Assembly (NCBI GenBank): GCA_963674865.2
Contig: CAXXYE010000009.1
Coordinates: 1,472,001 to 1,536,000, forward strand
Direction: 5' to 3'
Origin: Candidatus Hydrogenedentota bacterium
Lineage (GTDB): Bacteria > Hydrogenedentota > Hydrogenedentia > Hydrogenedentales > SLHB01
DNA length: 64,000 nucleotides
How positions within the stretch are numbered: the first letter of the stretch is position 1; each line of letters begins with the position of its first letter. Below, piece by piece: positions 38,809-47,779 of this stretch. The position numbers were made by a program, and so were the translations under genes. The notes beneath the pieces are model-generated. The model saw only the letters and a program-made list of their open reading frames with translations. It was not told the DNA's origin and did not search any database.

Positions 38809-40374
38809 CTATAGAAACGCGGGCCAAATCCGCTTGTGGTAGTCCAATCCTTCCGGCCACTTCGATACTTCCTTGATGACGCGGTCGGGGACTACCCACT
38901 CGCGGGTCTTGACGTTGACGATGACTCCGTCACGCGTCTCCGGCCAGAGAACCCAACGGCAGGCGCCCGGCGCACCGGGAATCAGCGTGATCGCCTCGAA
39001 AAGGCTGGGCTCAGTGCGCCACTCGATGTACTTCCACTGGTGCGAATCGAACGCTCCCCGCACCTCGTCAAGGCTTTGGCCGACGTGGAGTTGTGCCGCA
39101 AAACTCCTGGCGTCGTCTTCGCACGCCGCGAGCTGCTGTATCGCCTCAAGTTCGGGCGGAGAAACCGGAGGAGTGCCCTCCCCGTAAAGCCATTCCCGCC
39201 GTGTCACTTTCGCGACTTTGCCCTCGGACTCTTCGATCCAGAGATCCCAGTAGTATGTCCCGCCTTCGGAGGGAATGGTGGTAATGATCTGGGCTGGCGC
39301 GAGCACGGTACGCCACTCAATGTGCGGGAAGCCCTGTGCTTCGAACTGCTCCTGGATGCTCTTCAATAGCTGCCCCGCGCAGATCCTGCCCTCGAAATCC
39401 CGGACTTGCATCTCCAATGCGGCCAATTCTTCCATGGCCTGCCGATCCTCCCCAGAGGCATCCTCGGGGATGGTTCCGTGGCGCCAAGGGCTTCGGCTGA
39501 CGCCGGTTATCACACCGGCGCGAGTTTCGAGCCAAAGGTCCCAGTGGTCGGCGCCTTTTTGCTCGAGGCTCGTTGTGATGTGGCAGCAGGGGCGCTCTTC
39601 AGAGCGCCAACGGAGGCGTTCCCGTTGCTCTGCATCGAGGATGCGGCGGACTTCCGCGAAATCCATACCCTCCTTGATTTCCTTGGCAAACTCGCCGAGT
39701 TCCTTGAGTGTATCGGCTTCCGCGGGCGTCATGATGGGCTTGAGCACGCCGTGCTGCCAACATGTACGCCTGAGCTTCACAATCTTGCCGCCCTGTTCTT
39801 CTACCCACATGTGCCAATGATCGGCGCCCGGCGTCGTGAGCGTCGATGTGATCACGTAGTATTTTCGCTCTCTTGTGCGCCATTCGAGGTTGTTCCATGT
39901 CTGTCCGGCAAAAATGGCTCTCGCCTGGTCGATGGACTGGCCCGGCTGGATCTCGTTCTCGAGACGCGCGATCTCCTCCATGACGGGAGCGCTGAGGGCT
40001 GGGTCGCCCACCTGGATGTTGCGGTGCTTCCACTGGCGCACACGCGTGCTTGCCACCTTGCCGTCCCGCTCCTCGATCCATAGCACCCAGTTGTAAGCCC
40101 CTGCCTTGGGCGGGGTCTTCACGGCGTGGTAGGGCCACCACTCGCTTTGCCATGAGAGAAAGCGATAGGGCTGTTCATCAAAGAGCGCGCGGACTTCCTC
40201 TATAGGGCGTTCAAGCTCAACCTGCCGCTCGAAGTCCACCAGCTCCTTCTGGGCTTCTTCCTCGAACCAGGGCTGGAGCCAGACAGCGACCCAGCAGAGT
40301 CCCAGGATGAGCACGAGTGCGAGGAGCATTCCTCCCAGCCATTGTGCGCCTTGTTTCCATGTGTTCTTGGCCAT
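38809..40374 (-). CDS. Membrane-anchored protein with five ~85-95-aa tandem repeats
   Basis: N-terminal TM; repeat pattern ..G....EVR..F....W....GA..W.LW.E..G.V...R.W. Confidence 0.75.
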   Translation of the reverse strand: MAKNTWKQGAQWLGGMLLALVLILGLCWVAVWLQPWFEEEAQKELVDFERQVELERPIEEVRALFDEQPYRFLSWQSEWWPYHAVKTPPKAGAYNWVLWIEERDGKVASTRVRQWKHRNIQVGDPALSAPVMEEIARLENEIQPGQSIDQARAIFAGQTWNNLEWRTRERKYYVITSTLTTPGADHWHMWVEEQGGKIVKLRRTCWQHGVLKPIMTPAEADTLKELGEFAKEIKEGMDFAEVRRILDAEQRERLRWRSEERPCCHITTSLEQKGADHWDLWLETRAGVITGVSRSPWRHGTIPEDASGEDRQAMEELAALEMQVRDFEGRICAGQLLKSIQEQFEAQGFPHIEWRTVLAPAQIITTIPSEGGTYYWDLWIEESEGKVAKVTRREWLYGEGTPPVSPPELEAIQQLAACEDDARSFAAQLHVGQSLDEVRGAFDSHQWKYIEWRTEPSLFEAITLIPGAPGACRWVLWPETRDGVIVNVKTREWVVPDRVIKEVSKWPEGLDYHKRIWPAFL

Positions 40375-40431
40375 TACCTTGTCGTTCCTTCGTGTAACGC
40401 GGGCATAGTCTGCGTTCCCAACGTAGTCTGT

Positions 40432-41811
40432 TTAGTCCATATGCCCCGCCAGGGGGAAGCGGTCATTGGAGCCATCGCTAGGTTTAGAGCGCGTCCCGTC
40501 CGAGCGCAGCTTGCCGTACCGGCCCGCGAGCCGATCAATAGGCGCATTGGCGGCGATCATGAAGGCGAAAATCAGCACCGATGCCAGTACGGCTTTCACG
40601 ACGTGCGGACTGTCCGACGCCCACTCCGGCTCGACCACCGGGCGTGGCCTCGGGAATAGCATGAAGACGATCATGAGCAGGTAGATCACGCAGAACGCGG
40701 CCTGCACCTGGAATCCTGCCTCGCCGATGCCGATCAGGGGCCAGACGGAGCGAATGTTGCTGGTGAGCAGTAGGATCAATGCGAAGATCAAGATGGGGAA
40801 TCGGAAACCCTTGACCTTGTTTCGCACGTGCAAGACGAGCCAGATTAGAGCCCCCACCACGGCCACTATCTGCAGCCCGAGCATGGCGTTTTGGAGCGTG
40901 TCGATGAGCGCGCCCCGATCGGCCACGAGCAAGTCCTTCTTATTGACCACCTTCTCGATGGTGTCCTTACGAGGCATCCGCTGAATCCAGTGGAGTACCG
41001 GAATGCCCACCATGACGAAAAAGAGCCCGACGTAACTGGCACCCGCCGCCCACGGCGGCAGTTCATCGTATTGCACCTCCTTGCCAAGCAAGGCATAGCT
41101 GAGGATGAAGCCGCCGATCATGCCGCAGCCGATTTCCATGACCTTCCAATTATCCTGGATGAAAGGAACCATATAGCTGGCGTTGCCCAGTAGCCGCGAC
41201 AAGGTCATGCTCAGTCCGAATCCGACGGCGCCCCATAGCGCTCCCTTCAGCCCGAACCATTTCCCCCTCTTGTGTAGCCAGACGAAGAGGCCGATCATGC
41301 CACCCACAAAGGCGACGGAGATATCCGAGCGCGGCGGGTTGATGTGGAATCCAAAGCAGCTTACGACCACGGCGAAGGTGATCAGGCCCCAAAGGATCGT
41401 GGCCCACACCGCGCCTGCCCATTCGCGGAGCTTGGTAGGCTTGCTCTCAAGGAGCAGTCCGATACCTGCGCCGCAAGGCCCGCCCCATACTGCGCCGCAT
41501 AAGAACAGGGTGAAATAGCCGTAGGTGTAATTGACGAAGGAGGGGGACTTGGCGTAACCGTGGAGCGTGCCGTAGCTCATCGTGCCCCCGAGGCTCATCG
41601 TCAGCGCCCCCACGAAGGCCAGCGCAGGCATGAGCCGGAACATCCTGTCCTGGCCTGAAACATAGGCGAAGGACATGGCGAGGAGCGCCCCTGGCACCAT
41701 CGCGCCGAGTTGGTGGCCGAAATTACCCCGGATCCCCCAGCCGAGGCCGACTGCCAGCGCTACGAACGCCGCGCGAACGGCCCGCTGCCGCCGGGTCATG
41801 AGATTCTCCAT
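40432..41811 (-). CDS. Multi-pass membrane protein of unknown function
   Basis: GWGIRGNFGH and GGTMSYG motifs; about 12 hydrophobic segments. Confidence 0.75.
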   Translation of the reverse strand: MENLMTRRQRAVRAAFVALAVGLGWGIRGNFGHQLGAMVPGALLAMSFAYVSGQDRMFRLMPALAFVGALTMSLGGTMSYGTLHGYAKSPSFVNYTYGYFTLFLCGAVWGGPCGAGIGLLLESKPTKLREWAGAVWATILWGLITFAVVVSCFGFHINPPRSDISVAFVGGMIGLFVWLHKRGKWFGLKGALWGAVGFGLSMTLSRLLGNASYMVPFIQDNWKVMEIGCGMIGGFILSYALLGKEVQYDELPPWAAGASYVGLFFVMVGIPVLHWIQRMPRKDTIEKVVNKKDLLVADRGALIDTLQNAMLGLQIVAVVGALIWLVLHVRNKVKGFRFPILIFALILLLTSNIRSVWPLIGIGEAGFQVQAAFCVIYLLMIVFMLFPRPRPVVEPEWASDSPHVVKAVLASVLIFAFMIAANAPIDRLAGRYGKLRSDGTRSKPSDGSNDRFPLAGHMD

Positions 41812-41908
41812 TCTTCGTGCCTTTCCTATCCATTCTGATTGTTTGCGGGCGCGGAGCAGCCCGCAGCTTGCGCCGTAGGATACAACTTTTTGGGGGCCGC
41901 GGCCAACG

Positions 41909-44038
41909 TCACCGTTCGGGACGGCTTCGCGCTTCGACTCGGGCAAAAATGAAGGCCAACTTCTCCGGGATCTCGGCACGGAGGATGCCTTGCTCGAGCG
42001 TGGCGGCTCCCTGCCCCGAGAGGAGCCTGATCGGGTGGCTTTCGGCGGAGAAGACAGGGAGTGGCGAGAGCCATGTGCTGTCGTCGTTCCATTCGCGGAA
42101 AAGAAGTAGGTAGCCCTCCTGCCTGTCCGGCGTTACCGAGACGAAGCCCGTCCACGAGGTGCCGTCGGGCGTAGCGCCTATGGGAAGGATGCAGCCGGAG
42201 AAGATCGCCGCCCGGTGGGCCTTCCACACTTTGATGAGGGGCGCTATCCCTTCTATGAACGGCCCCGGCAATCCCGAATTCTCGAACCAGCCCAGCGGGT
42301 TCGCAAACATAGTAACCGCAAAGAGATAGGTCGGATCGTAACGCGCTGGTGATAGGGGGTCGTTACCGTAGAGTTCCACGTTTCGTGCGCTGTTAAGAAA
42401 CTCCACGCGCAGGCGTAAGGGATCCACGAAATGGGAGAGCCTCCAAAGATTACGCAGCGTCTGGTGGGGCCAGTAGCGGCGCCAGTCGGTGTAACGGTTC
42501 TCGATGAAAAGCGGCCCCGTGTCCATTCGCGAAAAGTATCCGGGGCGTATCTCGGCGGTCACGTCGAGGTCGAGCACAATCCGCCCCGCCGATTCTCCAA
42601 GGACGGTGTCGAAGAACCGGCCTAGGTTGCGCTCGGCCTCTTTCCCGGCCAACTTGACGCTGTCGAGCTTGAAATGGCTGATGCCGTGTTGGCGGTGCAG
42701 CGCGAGGAGCACTTCAGCATCCTTATCCCAATTGACGAAGTCCTCCGCCGAGTCGGGCGCGAACCACAGTCCCAGCTTGATGCCGCTCGATTCGCATTGC
42801 TCGACGAGGGGGCGTAGCCCGTGGGGAAGCCGTTCCGGATCCGGTTCCCAGAAACGCGGATCCTGTGCCCAGTAGCCTTGCCAAACGCCGCCCGGGCGTG
42901 CCGAGACGCGAGTCACGCCCCTCTCCCAACCTTCGTCGATCTGCACCACGTCGGCGCCCAGGCGCGCCGCGGCGTCGATCTCCTCCGTGATGAAGTCTTC
43001 GCAGATACGTGTGTCGCGCGAGCGGTCGCCCCATGTATTTGTCATGAGCAGGCCGTCACGTCCCGGCTCGTAGCGGCGGAACTGGCGCTGGTACTTCTGG
43101 AGCGTCTCGGTAAGTCCCAGGCGGCCCCCGGTATAGGCCAGGAGTACGAAGGGATAGCCCGGACAGGCGTGCCTGCCGGCGCCGTGTCCGTAGAATCCGA
43201 AGTGGAACGCGAGCGGATATCCGGGATGTCCCGGCCCAAACGTGGCGGAATCTCCATACACAAAGCCGGCCGGACGTCCGGCGACGCACAGATCCGCCTC
43301 GGTACGATGGGGCCGCGCGTGAGGCAGCGGCGCGTGCTTCAGGAAAGCCAGGCCGGCGCCCGTGAGCGTATTCTCGACAACAAAGAGATTGCCCGCCAGA
43401 CGAATGTGCCTCTCATTGGGATGCAGCAGCCACTCATTCTCGAAAACCAACTCATTGTGGGCGTCGGTTTGATCCCGCAAGTCGACATGAGTGAGGCGGA
43501 GGTGCGTCGGTGCGGCGGCAAACCGTTCGAGGGAGTTGAGAAAGGGGAGCGGGTCGGCGGCGGGCGGCTCGTCCAGCTCGAGTCCCGTAGGCGCCTGGCT
43601 GACGTTCAGCGCTCCGGCGTCCTCGTGTGCCGTCCGGGCCGTCCTCAAGCCTTGCGCTTCGAGCGACATCATCACGCCGCGCACCTGTGCGAATAGCTTG
43701 AATCGGTACAGGAGCGTTGCCGACGCGCCCGCAGCCTCGAGTTCGATCCGTAGCGACGGCTCTTCCGTGGGCCCAGCGGCCCCTTGAGCCGTGCGGAATG
43801 AGACGGTGCGCGACTCCTCCGGCAGGGGGGCTTCGGGATAGGGAGCCGGAAGACGCGCCGGGCGGGCAAGCCACTCGCGCTGGGCGACTTTGTCGAAGAG
43901 CGATGTGGGATACAGCAGGCCGTTCTCGATGCGCCAATGCCGCTCGAACTGAGCATTCCCGACAGTCAGCGAATCCTCCTCAAAGACTGCGTAGCACGTC
44001 CCGTAACGGGCTTCCCGGGGAGAGATATCGGCTGGCAT
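41909..44038 (-). CDS. Alpha-galactosidase-like protein (GH36/GH27 clan D)
   Basis: NTWGD, VQIDEGW, GLWFAP, FKLD. Confidence 0.8.
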   Translation of the reverse strand: MPADISPREARYGTCYAVFEEDSLTVGNAQFERHWRIENGLLYPTSLFDKVAQREWLARPARLPAPYPEAPLPEESRTVSFRTAQGAAGPTEEPSLRIELEAAGASATLLYRFKLFAQVRGVMMSLEAQGLRTARTAHEDAGALNVSQAPTGLELDEPPAADPLPFLNSLERFAAAPTHLRLTHVDLRDQTDAHNELVFENEWLLHPNERHIRLAGNLFVVENTLTGAGLAFLKHAPLPHARPHRTEADLCVAGRPAGFVYGDSATFGPGHPGYPLAFHFGFYGHGAGRHACPGYPFVLLAYTGGRLGLTETLQKYQRQFRRYEPGRDGLLMTNTWGDRSRDTRICEDFITEEIDAAARLGADVVQIDEGWERGVTRVSARPGGVWQGYWAQDPRFWEPDPERLPHGLRPLVEQCESSGIKLGLWFAPDSAEDFVNWDKDAEVLLALHRQHGISHFKLDSVKLAGKEAERNLGRFFDTVLGESAGRIVLDLDVTAEIRPGYFSRMDTGPLFIENRYTDWRRYWPHQTLRNLWRLSHFVDPLRLRVEFLNSARNVELYGNDPLSPARYDPTYLFAVTMFANPLGWFENSGLPGPFIEGIAPLIKVWKAHRAAIFSGCILPIGATPDGTSWTGFVSVTPDRQEGYLLLFREWNDDSTWLSPLPVFSAESHPIRLLSGQGAATLEQGILRAEIPEKLAFIFARVEARSRPER

Positions 44039-44078
44039 GGGTGTGACTTCCTTCTGGGGGACTTAAGTCAGTGTGTCG

Positions 44079-45161
44079 TCAGGACTCCGAGGCGCTTCCC
44101 GGCTGCGGATCGTCCCGCAAAGCAGCCTCGTTCTCATAGCGGTATGGGGCGACATATTGGCGAAACGCCGCGAATTCGTCCGGATCGGCCAAGAGTCTAT
44201 CAAGAACGTGGAGATACTTCTCGATTCCTGCCGGATCGTAGGCTGCGCCGCATTCCGCGGCGTAGCGGCGCGTGACCTCCACGGCTACGGAGTGGCGATA
44301 CTGCTCTTCGAGTGTGCCCGATCCTAGAAAGTACCTATCGAACGTCTCGGCGTCCAGTTTCATGAGGGGGCATGCCATGGCTCGGCAATGCATGGGCATG
44401 TGGCCCCTTACGGCGCATTCCAGCCGCTCGGCGTCGAGAAACGTGCAATGACCCGCCTCCGAGCGCTCAAGCGAGAGCAAGCCCTCGGCCTTTGCCTCCA
44501 GTGTTGGCGACACGCTCTCTCTGAAGAAGTCCTCCAAGGATAAGCCCAAATGGCGCGCTATAACTCGTGCGTCCTCAAGGGTTAACGGGCGATCTGCGCA
44601 GCAGGACGCCCGCAGGTGGCACGTTCCGCAGTCAAAGGTGACAAACGTGGCGCGGTTTTCCGGATGCCGTGCCGCCTTCATGACGCCATGACGTGCGGCG
44701 GCCACGCGCGCCTCGATCTCCTCAAGCGTATCGTGGAAATCGGCCTCATCCCAGTCTGTCCCGTGCTTCTCCATGTACTGGCCGGTAACTTCCTGGGCGA
44801 TGCTGCGCTCGATAATGAACGCCAGACCTTCGGGATTGCCGAACATAAGCGCCCACGGGTAGCCTCGGATGCTCTTCATGGCCGGGTCGCAGACAAACAC
44901 GACGCACGCCGACGGCTTGGCCGGATGAACGCCGCAACGGTTGTCCTCCGTGTTGAACCGGCACCAGCCGTCGGCCTTCTTCTCTAGGAAGAGGAGACGC
45001 TCCTCGCCGGCCGAACCGCACTCGATATACTCGGTAAGTACTTCCTGCGGCGATATCTCCAGGTGTGCAGCCAACCGCTGCACGTCCACCAGTGTTACGG
45101 GCACGCGTCGCTGCCCGCAGCACAAGCCATCCTGTTTGCACTCAAATCCAGGAATGTCCAT
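44079..45161 (-). CDS. YkgJ-family cysteine-cluster protein with tandem domains
   Basis: FECKQDGLCC...C.F....C.VH..KP..C...C, repeated as FDCGTCHLRASCC...CTF...C....P.HC..C. Confidence 0.8.
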   Translation of the reverse strand: MDIPGFECKQDGLCCGQRRVPVTLVDVQRLAAHLEISPQEVLTEYIECGSAGEERLLFLEKKADGWCRFNTEDNRCGVHPAKPSACVVFVCDPAMKSIRGYPWALMFGNPEGLAFIIERSIAQEVTGQYMEKHGTDWDEADFHDTLEEIEARVAAARHGVMKAARHPENRATFVTFDCGTCHLRASCCADRPLTLEDARVIARHLGLSLEDFFRESVSPTLEAKAEGLLSLERSEAGHCTFLDAERLECAVRGHMPMHCRAMACPLMKLDAETFDRYFLGSGTLEEQYRHSVAVEVTRRYAAECGAAYDPAGIEKYLHVLDRLLADPDEFAAFRQYVAPYRYENEAALRDDPQPGSASES

Positions 45162-45266
45162 CAGTCATCTCGGCGTAGGCGCTTACCAGCATGCACATAG
45201 GATACCATGCCCGCCAGAGCCTGGGGACATACTCGTCTACTGGGCCACTGGCCGGCGCGGCGGCGC

Positions 45267-45665
45267 TCACGCCCCAAGCTCTTCCAAGACAGCCTCGAGC
45301 GTCGTTACGCGCCTCACAGTCGGGTGGTAGAAGAAGACGGACTGACTTGTCTTGTTGCCGAGGACATAGACGCGGGGACGGCCGGTGTACAGGTTCGCCA
45401 TGATGGCCGCGCCGAGTTCCGCATACTTGGCCCGGCCGTCGGCCGGTTCTGCGAGGAGGATGAAGACGTCGCAATCCTGGACGCCCCGCATATCGCGGAC
45501 TGCGATTTCTCCGACTCTTTCAGGATGTTCGTCCCGCTCCTTGCCGAATACGCCTGGATAGGAAGTCCAATCCACCGTGATCTCATGTCCAAGCGCGCGC
45601 AATTGCCGCTGGATGGCCCGGACACGCTCCTTTTCCCCGACATACGACGCGATGTAGAACTTCAT
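45267..45665 (-). CDS. Nucleoside 2-deoxyribosyltransferase-like protein
   Basis: GGAGG SD; KFYIAS, RDMRGVQDCDVFI, YAELGAA. Confidence 0.75.
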   Translation of the reverse strand: MKFYIASYVGEKERVRAIQRQLRALGHEITVDWTSYPGVFGKERDEHPERVGEIAVRDMRGVQDCDVFILLAEPADGRAKYAELGAAIMANLYTGRPRVYVLGNKTSQSVFFYHPTVRRVTTLEAVLEELGA

Positions 45666-46053
45666 TTCTTCCTCCGGGCGTTCGCCCCGGTGCCTCGTGG
45701 CGCCGCCGCGATACGGGAAAGAGTATTCCGCTCGATTGCCGCCGTCAACATACCGCCCGCCGTGAGGGACTATGGGCCAGGCAATGTTGTCGAATTGTCC
45801 CCAAGGGTGAGCAATCTGCCATCGTCGGCGCGTGTATGGTTTCACAGAGGCCATGGCCATACTGGCCCGCCTCTTTGTCTTTCCTCACATACTGATCTGC
45901 ACAATGTGTGGGCCTTCTCGGCAACAAATTGCTGCTATAATGAGTCCTGCACCGTATGGACTTCGCGAGGCCAATGTGGTTAGAGGTCGGCAGCACCGGA
46001 CGACTGCCATAGATGATGGGGGAGTCTGAAGACCCACCAGGGACTTACTTGTA

Positions 46054-46905
46054 GTGATACCACCACAGACAATTCCAAAATATCTATATAAGTATATGCG
46101 CAAGGATCTCTGCCGTATCGGCGACATCCTTGTCCACCAACGAATCTACTTCGCGCGGCCGGATCGCTTCAGCGACCCCTTCGATTGCGCGCTCGGCGTA
46201 GATCTGAGCGGTGGCGCGACAGACGACGACTGGGTGGAGTACTTCATCCATCTTGACAGATTGGAGAGGACGAATGTGCGTGCTGAGGAGAGGCGAGAAA
46301 GGGCCTTGGACAACGTCAGGAGAGAACAACATAGAAAGCCGGCATTCCTTGACCGCGCAGAACGCGAAATCCGCCAGGCCGTGAAAAAGGTCGGCCGTGA
46401 GCAAGGAGTTCTCTGCCTTAGTTCCGATCCGGGAAATGTCATGATGTGGGCACACTACGCGGACAACCACGAGGGCGTGATGCTGCGTTTTGACTCCAGC
46501 TACATGGCTGACGAGGCATCTGGCGAACCACGCGGTTTCAAGGTGAAATATGTTCGCTCCTTTCCACGGCTTCGCGACTACCTTGAGGTCGTTCGGCGAG
46601 ACAAGAACAATGACTGGCGAGCCGCGATAGAGTTATTCTTCTGCCGCAAGTCCCGCGACTGGGAATATGAGAAGGAATGGCGGTTCTTTGCGCGCACTCC
46701 TGACTCATATGTTCCATTAGCCACGCAGACGCTCTCAGGCATAGTGTTTGGATGGAAGATGCCCGAGAGCGTGAGGAACCTGATCGCGTCTTGGGCGAAT
46801 ACTCTCACTCCTCCTCCGCACCTACTGCAGGCAGTGCCGTGTCGAGATCGTTTCCGCATGGATATCGTCGACTTCACACCGATGAAGAGTGAGGATGGAC
46901 ATTGA
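46054..46905 (+). CDS. DUF2971 domain protein
   Basis: LYKY, F.DPFD, CLS....MWAHYADNHEG, KS.DW.YEKEWR. Confidence 0.88.
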   Translation: MIPPQTIPKYLYKYMRKDLCRIGDILVHQRIYFARPDRFSDPFDCALGVDLSGGATDDDWVEYFIHLDRLERTNVRAEERRERALDNVRREQHRKPAFLDRAEREIRQAVKKVGREQGVLCLSSDPGNVMMWAHYADNHEGVMLRFDSSYMADEASGEPRGFKVKYVRSFPRLRDYLEVVRRDKNNDWRAAIELFFCRKSRDWEYEKEWRFFARTPDSYVPLATQTLSGIVFGWKMPESVRNLIASWANTLTPPPHLLQAVPCRDRFRMDIVDFTPMKSEDGH

Positions 46906-46980
46906 CCGCACTTGGGCGGACATGTGGCTCCCTTTGTCTTGCCTTACTGTTGAGTGTGGGTGAAGTTTCTTGCTTCGATG

Positions 46981-47025
46981 TTGATTTCTGTGCGAAGGCG
47001 GGGGATAATACGTATAGAATACGTA
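46981..47025 (+). promoter_or_regulatory. Toxin-antitoxin promoter and operator
   Basis: TTGATT-N17-GATAAT; two TACGTA palindromes 11 bp apart overlapping the -10/+1 region. Confidence 0.65.
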
Positions 47026-47037
47026 GGAATGACTCAA

Positions 47038-47268
47038 ATGCACAAGAAACTCACCATCACGGTCGATGAAGAAGTCTACGCGGGCCTGCACCGGGTGATC
47101 GGGCGGCATCGGATCAGCCAGTTTATCGAGTCGCTTGTTCGCCCCCATGTGGTCTCGGAGGAACTCTTTGCCGCTTACCGCGACATGGCGGAGGACGAGT
47201 CCCGGGAGGCGGAGGCGCTGGAATGGGCTGAGGCCACCGTAATGGATGTAGCCGATGAGGCGCGGTGA
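47038..47268 (+). CDS. Antitoxin (RHH-like) of a type II TA pair
   Basis: [12 protein letters not shown]...ISQFIESL; acidic C-terminus; overlaps the toxin start. Confidence 0.85.
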   Translation: MHKKLTITVDEEVYAGLHRVIGRHRISQFIESLVRPHVVSEELFAAYRDMAEDESREAEALEWAEATVMDVADEAR

Positions 47269-47596
47269 GGTCTGGTGGGTAGACTTCGGGCCTTCCGTCG
47301 GCGGCGAGATACGCGAGCAAAGACCCGCCGTTATCGTCAGCAATGATGCCGCCAACCAGCACCTGAACCGCGTCCAAGTCGTACCGCTCACCACCAAAGT
47401 CGAGAAGCTCTATCCAAGCGAGGCCTACGTCACGCTCGGTGGGAAACAGTGCAAAGCGATGGCTGACCAGATCACAACCGTCAGCAAAGCCCGTCTACGT
47501 GATCGGGCCGGGCAACTAAGCCGCGAGGATCTCCGAGCGGCCGAGGCGGCAATCAAGGTGCAGCTTGGCTTGGGGGAGCGTGGCGGGATAAGCTGA
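47255..47596 (+). CDS. mazF: PemK/MazF endoribonuclease toxin
   Basis: [39 protein letters not shown]. Confidence 0.93.
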   Translation: MRRGEVWWVDFGPSVGGEIREQRPAVIVSNDAANQHLNRVQVVPLTTKVEKLYPSEAYVTLGGKQCKAMADQITTVSKARLRDRAGQLSREDLRAAEAAIKVQLGLGERGGIS

Positions 47597-47652
47597 AGTC
47601 TAGGCTCCAAATGCCCACTTTCGCTTGGCGTGACGCACCTCGCAGGCTTCGG

Positions 47653-47681
47653 TTGACTTGCTGCGTGGCCGTGCGGATACT
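47653..47681 (+). promoter_or_regulatory. Sigma70 promoter candidate
   Basis: TTGACT-N17-GATACT upstream of 47780. Confidence 0.45.
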
Positions 47682-47779
47682 GGGCCGGTGGCCTGAGCGC
47701 CCGCGCGTTTTCCTCCTCATCCAACGGTGATCGGCGGAATCGCGCGGCGCGGCATGGGGAGCATGGCGGTAAAACACTG

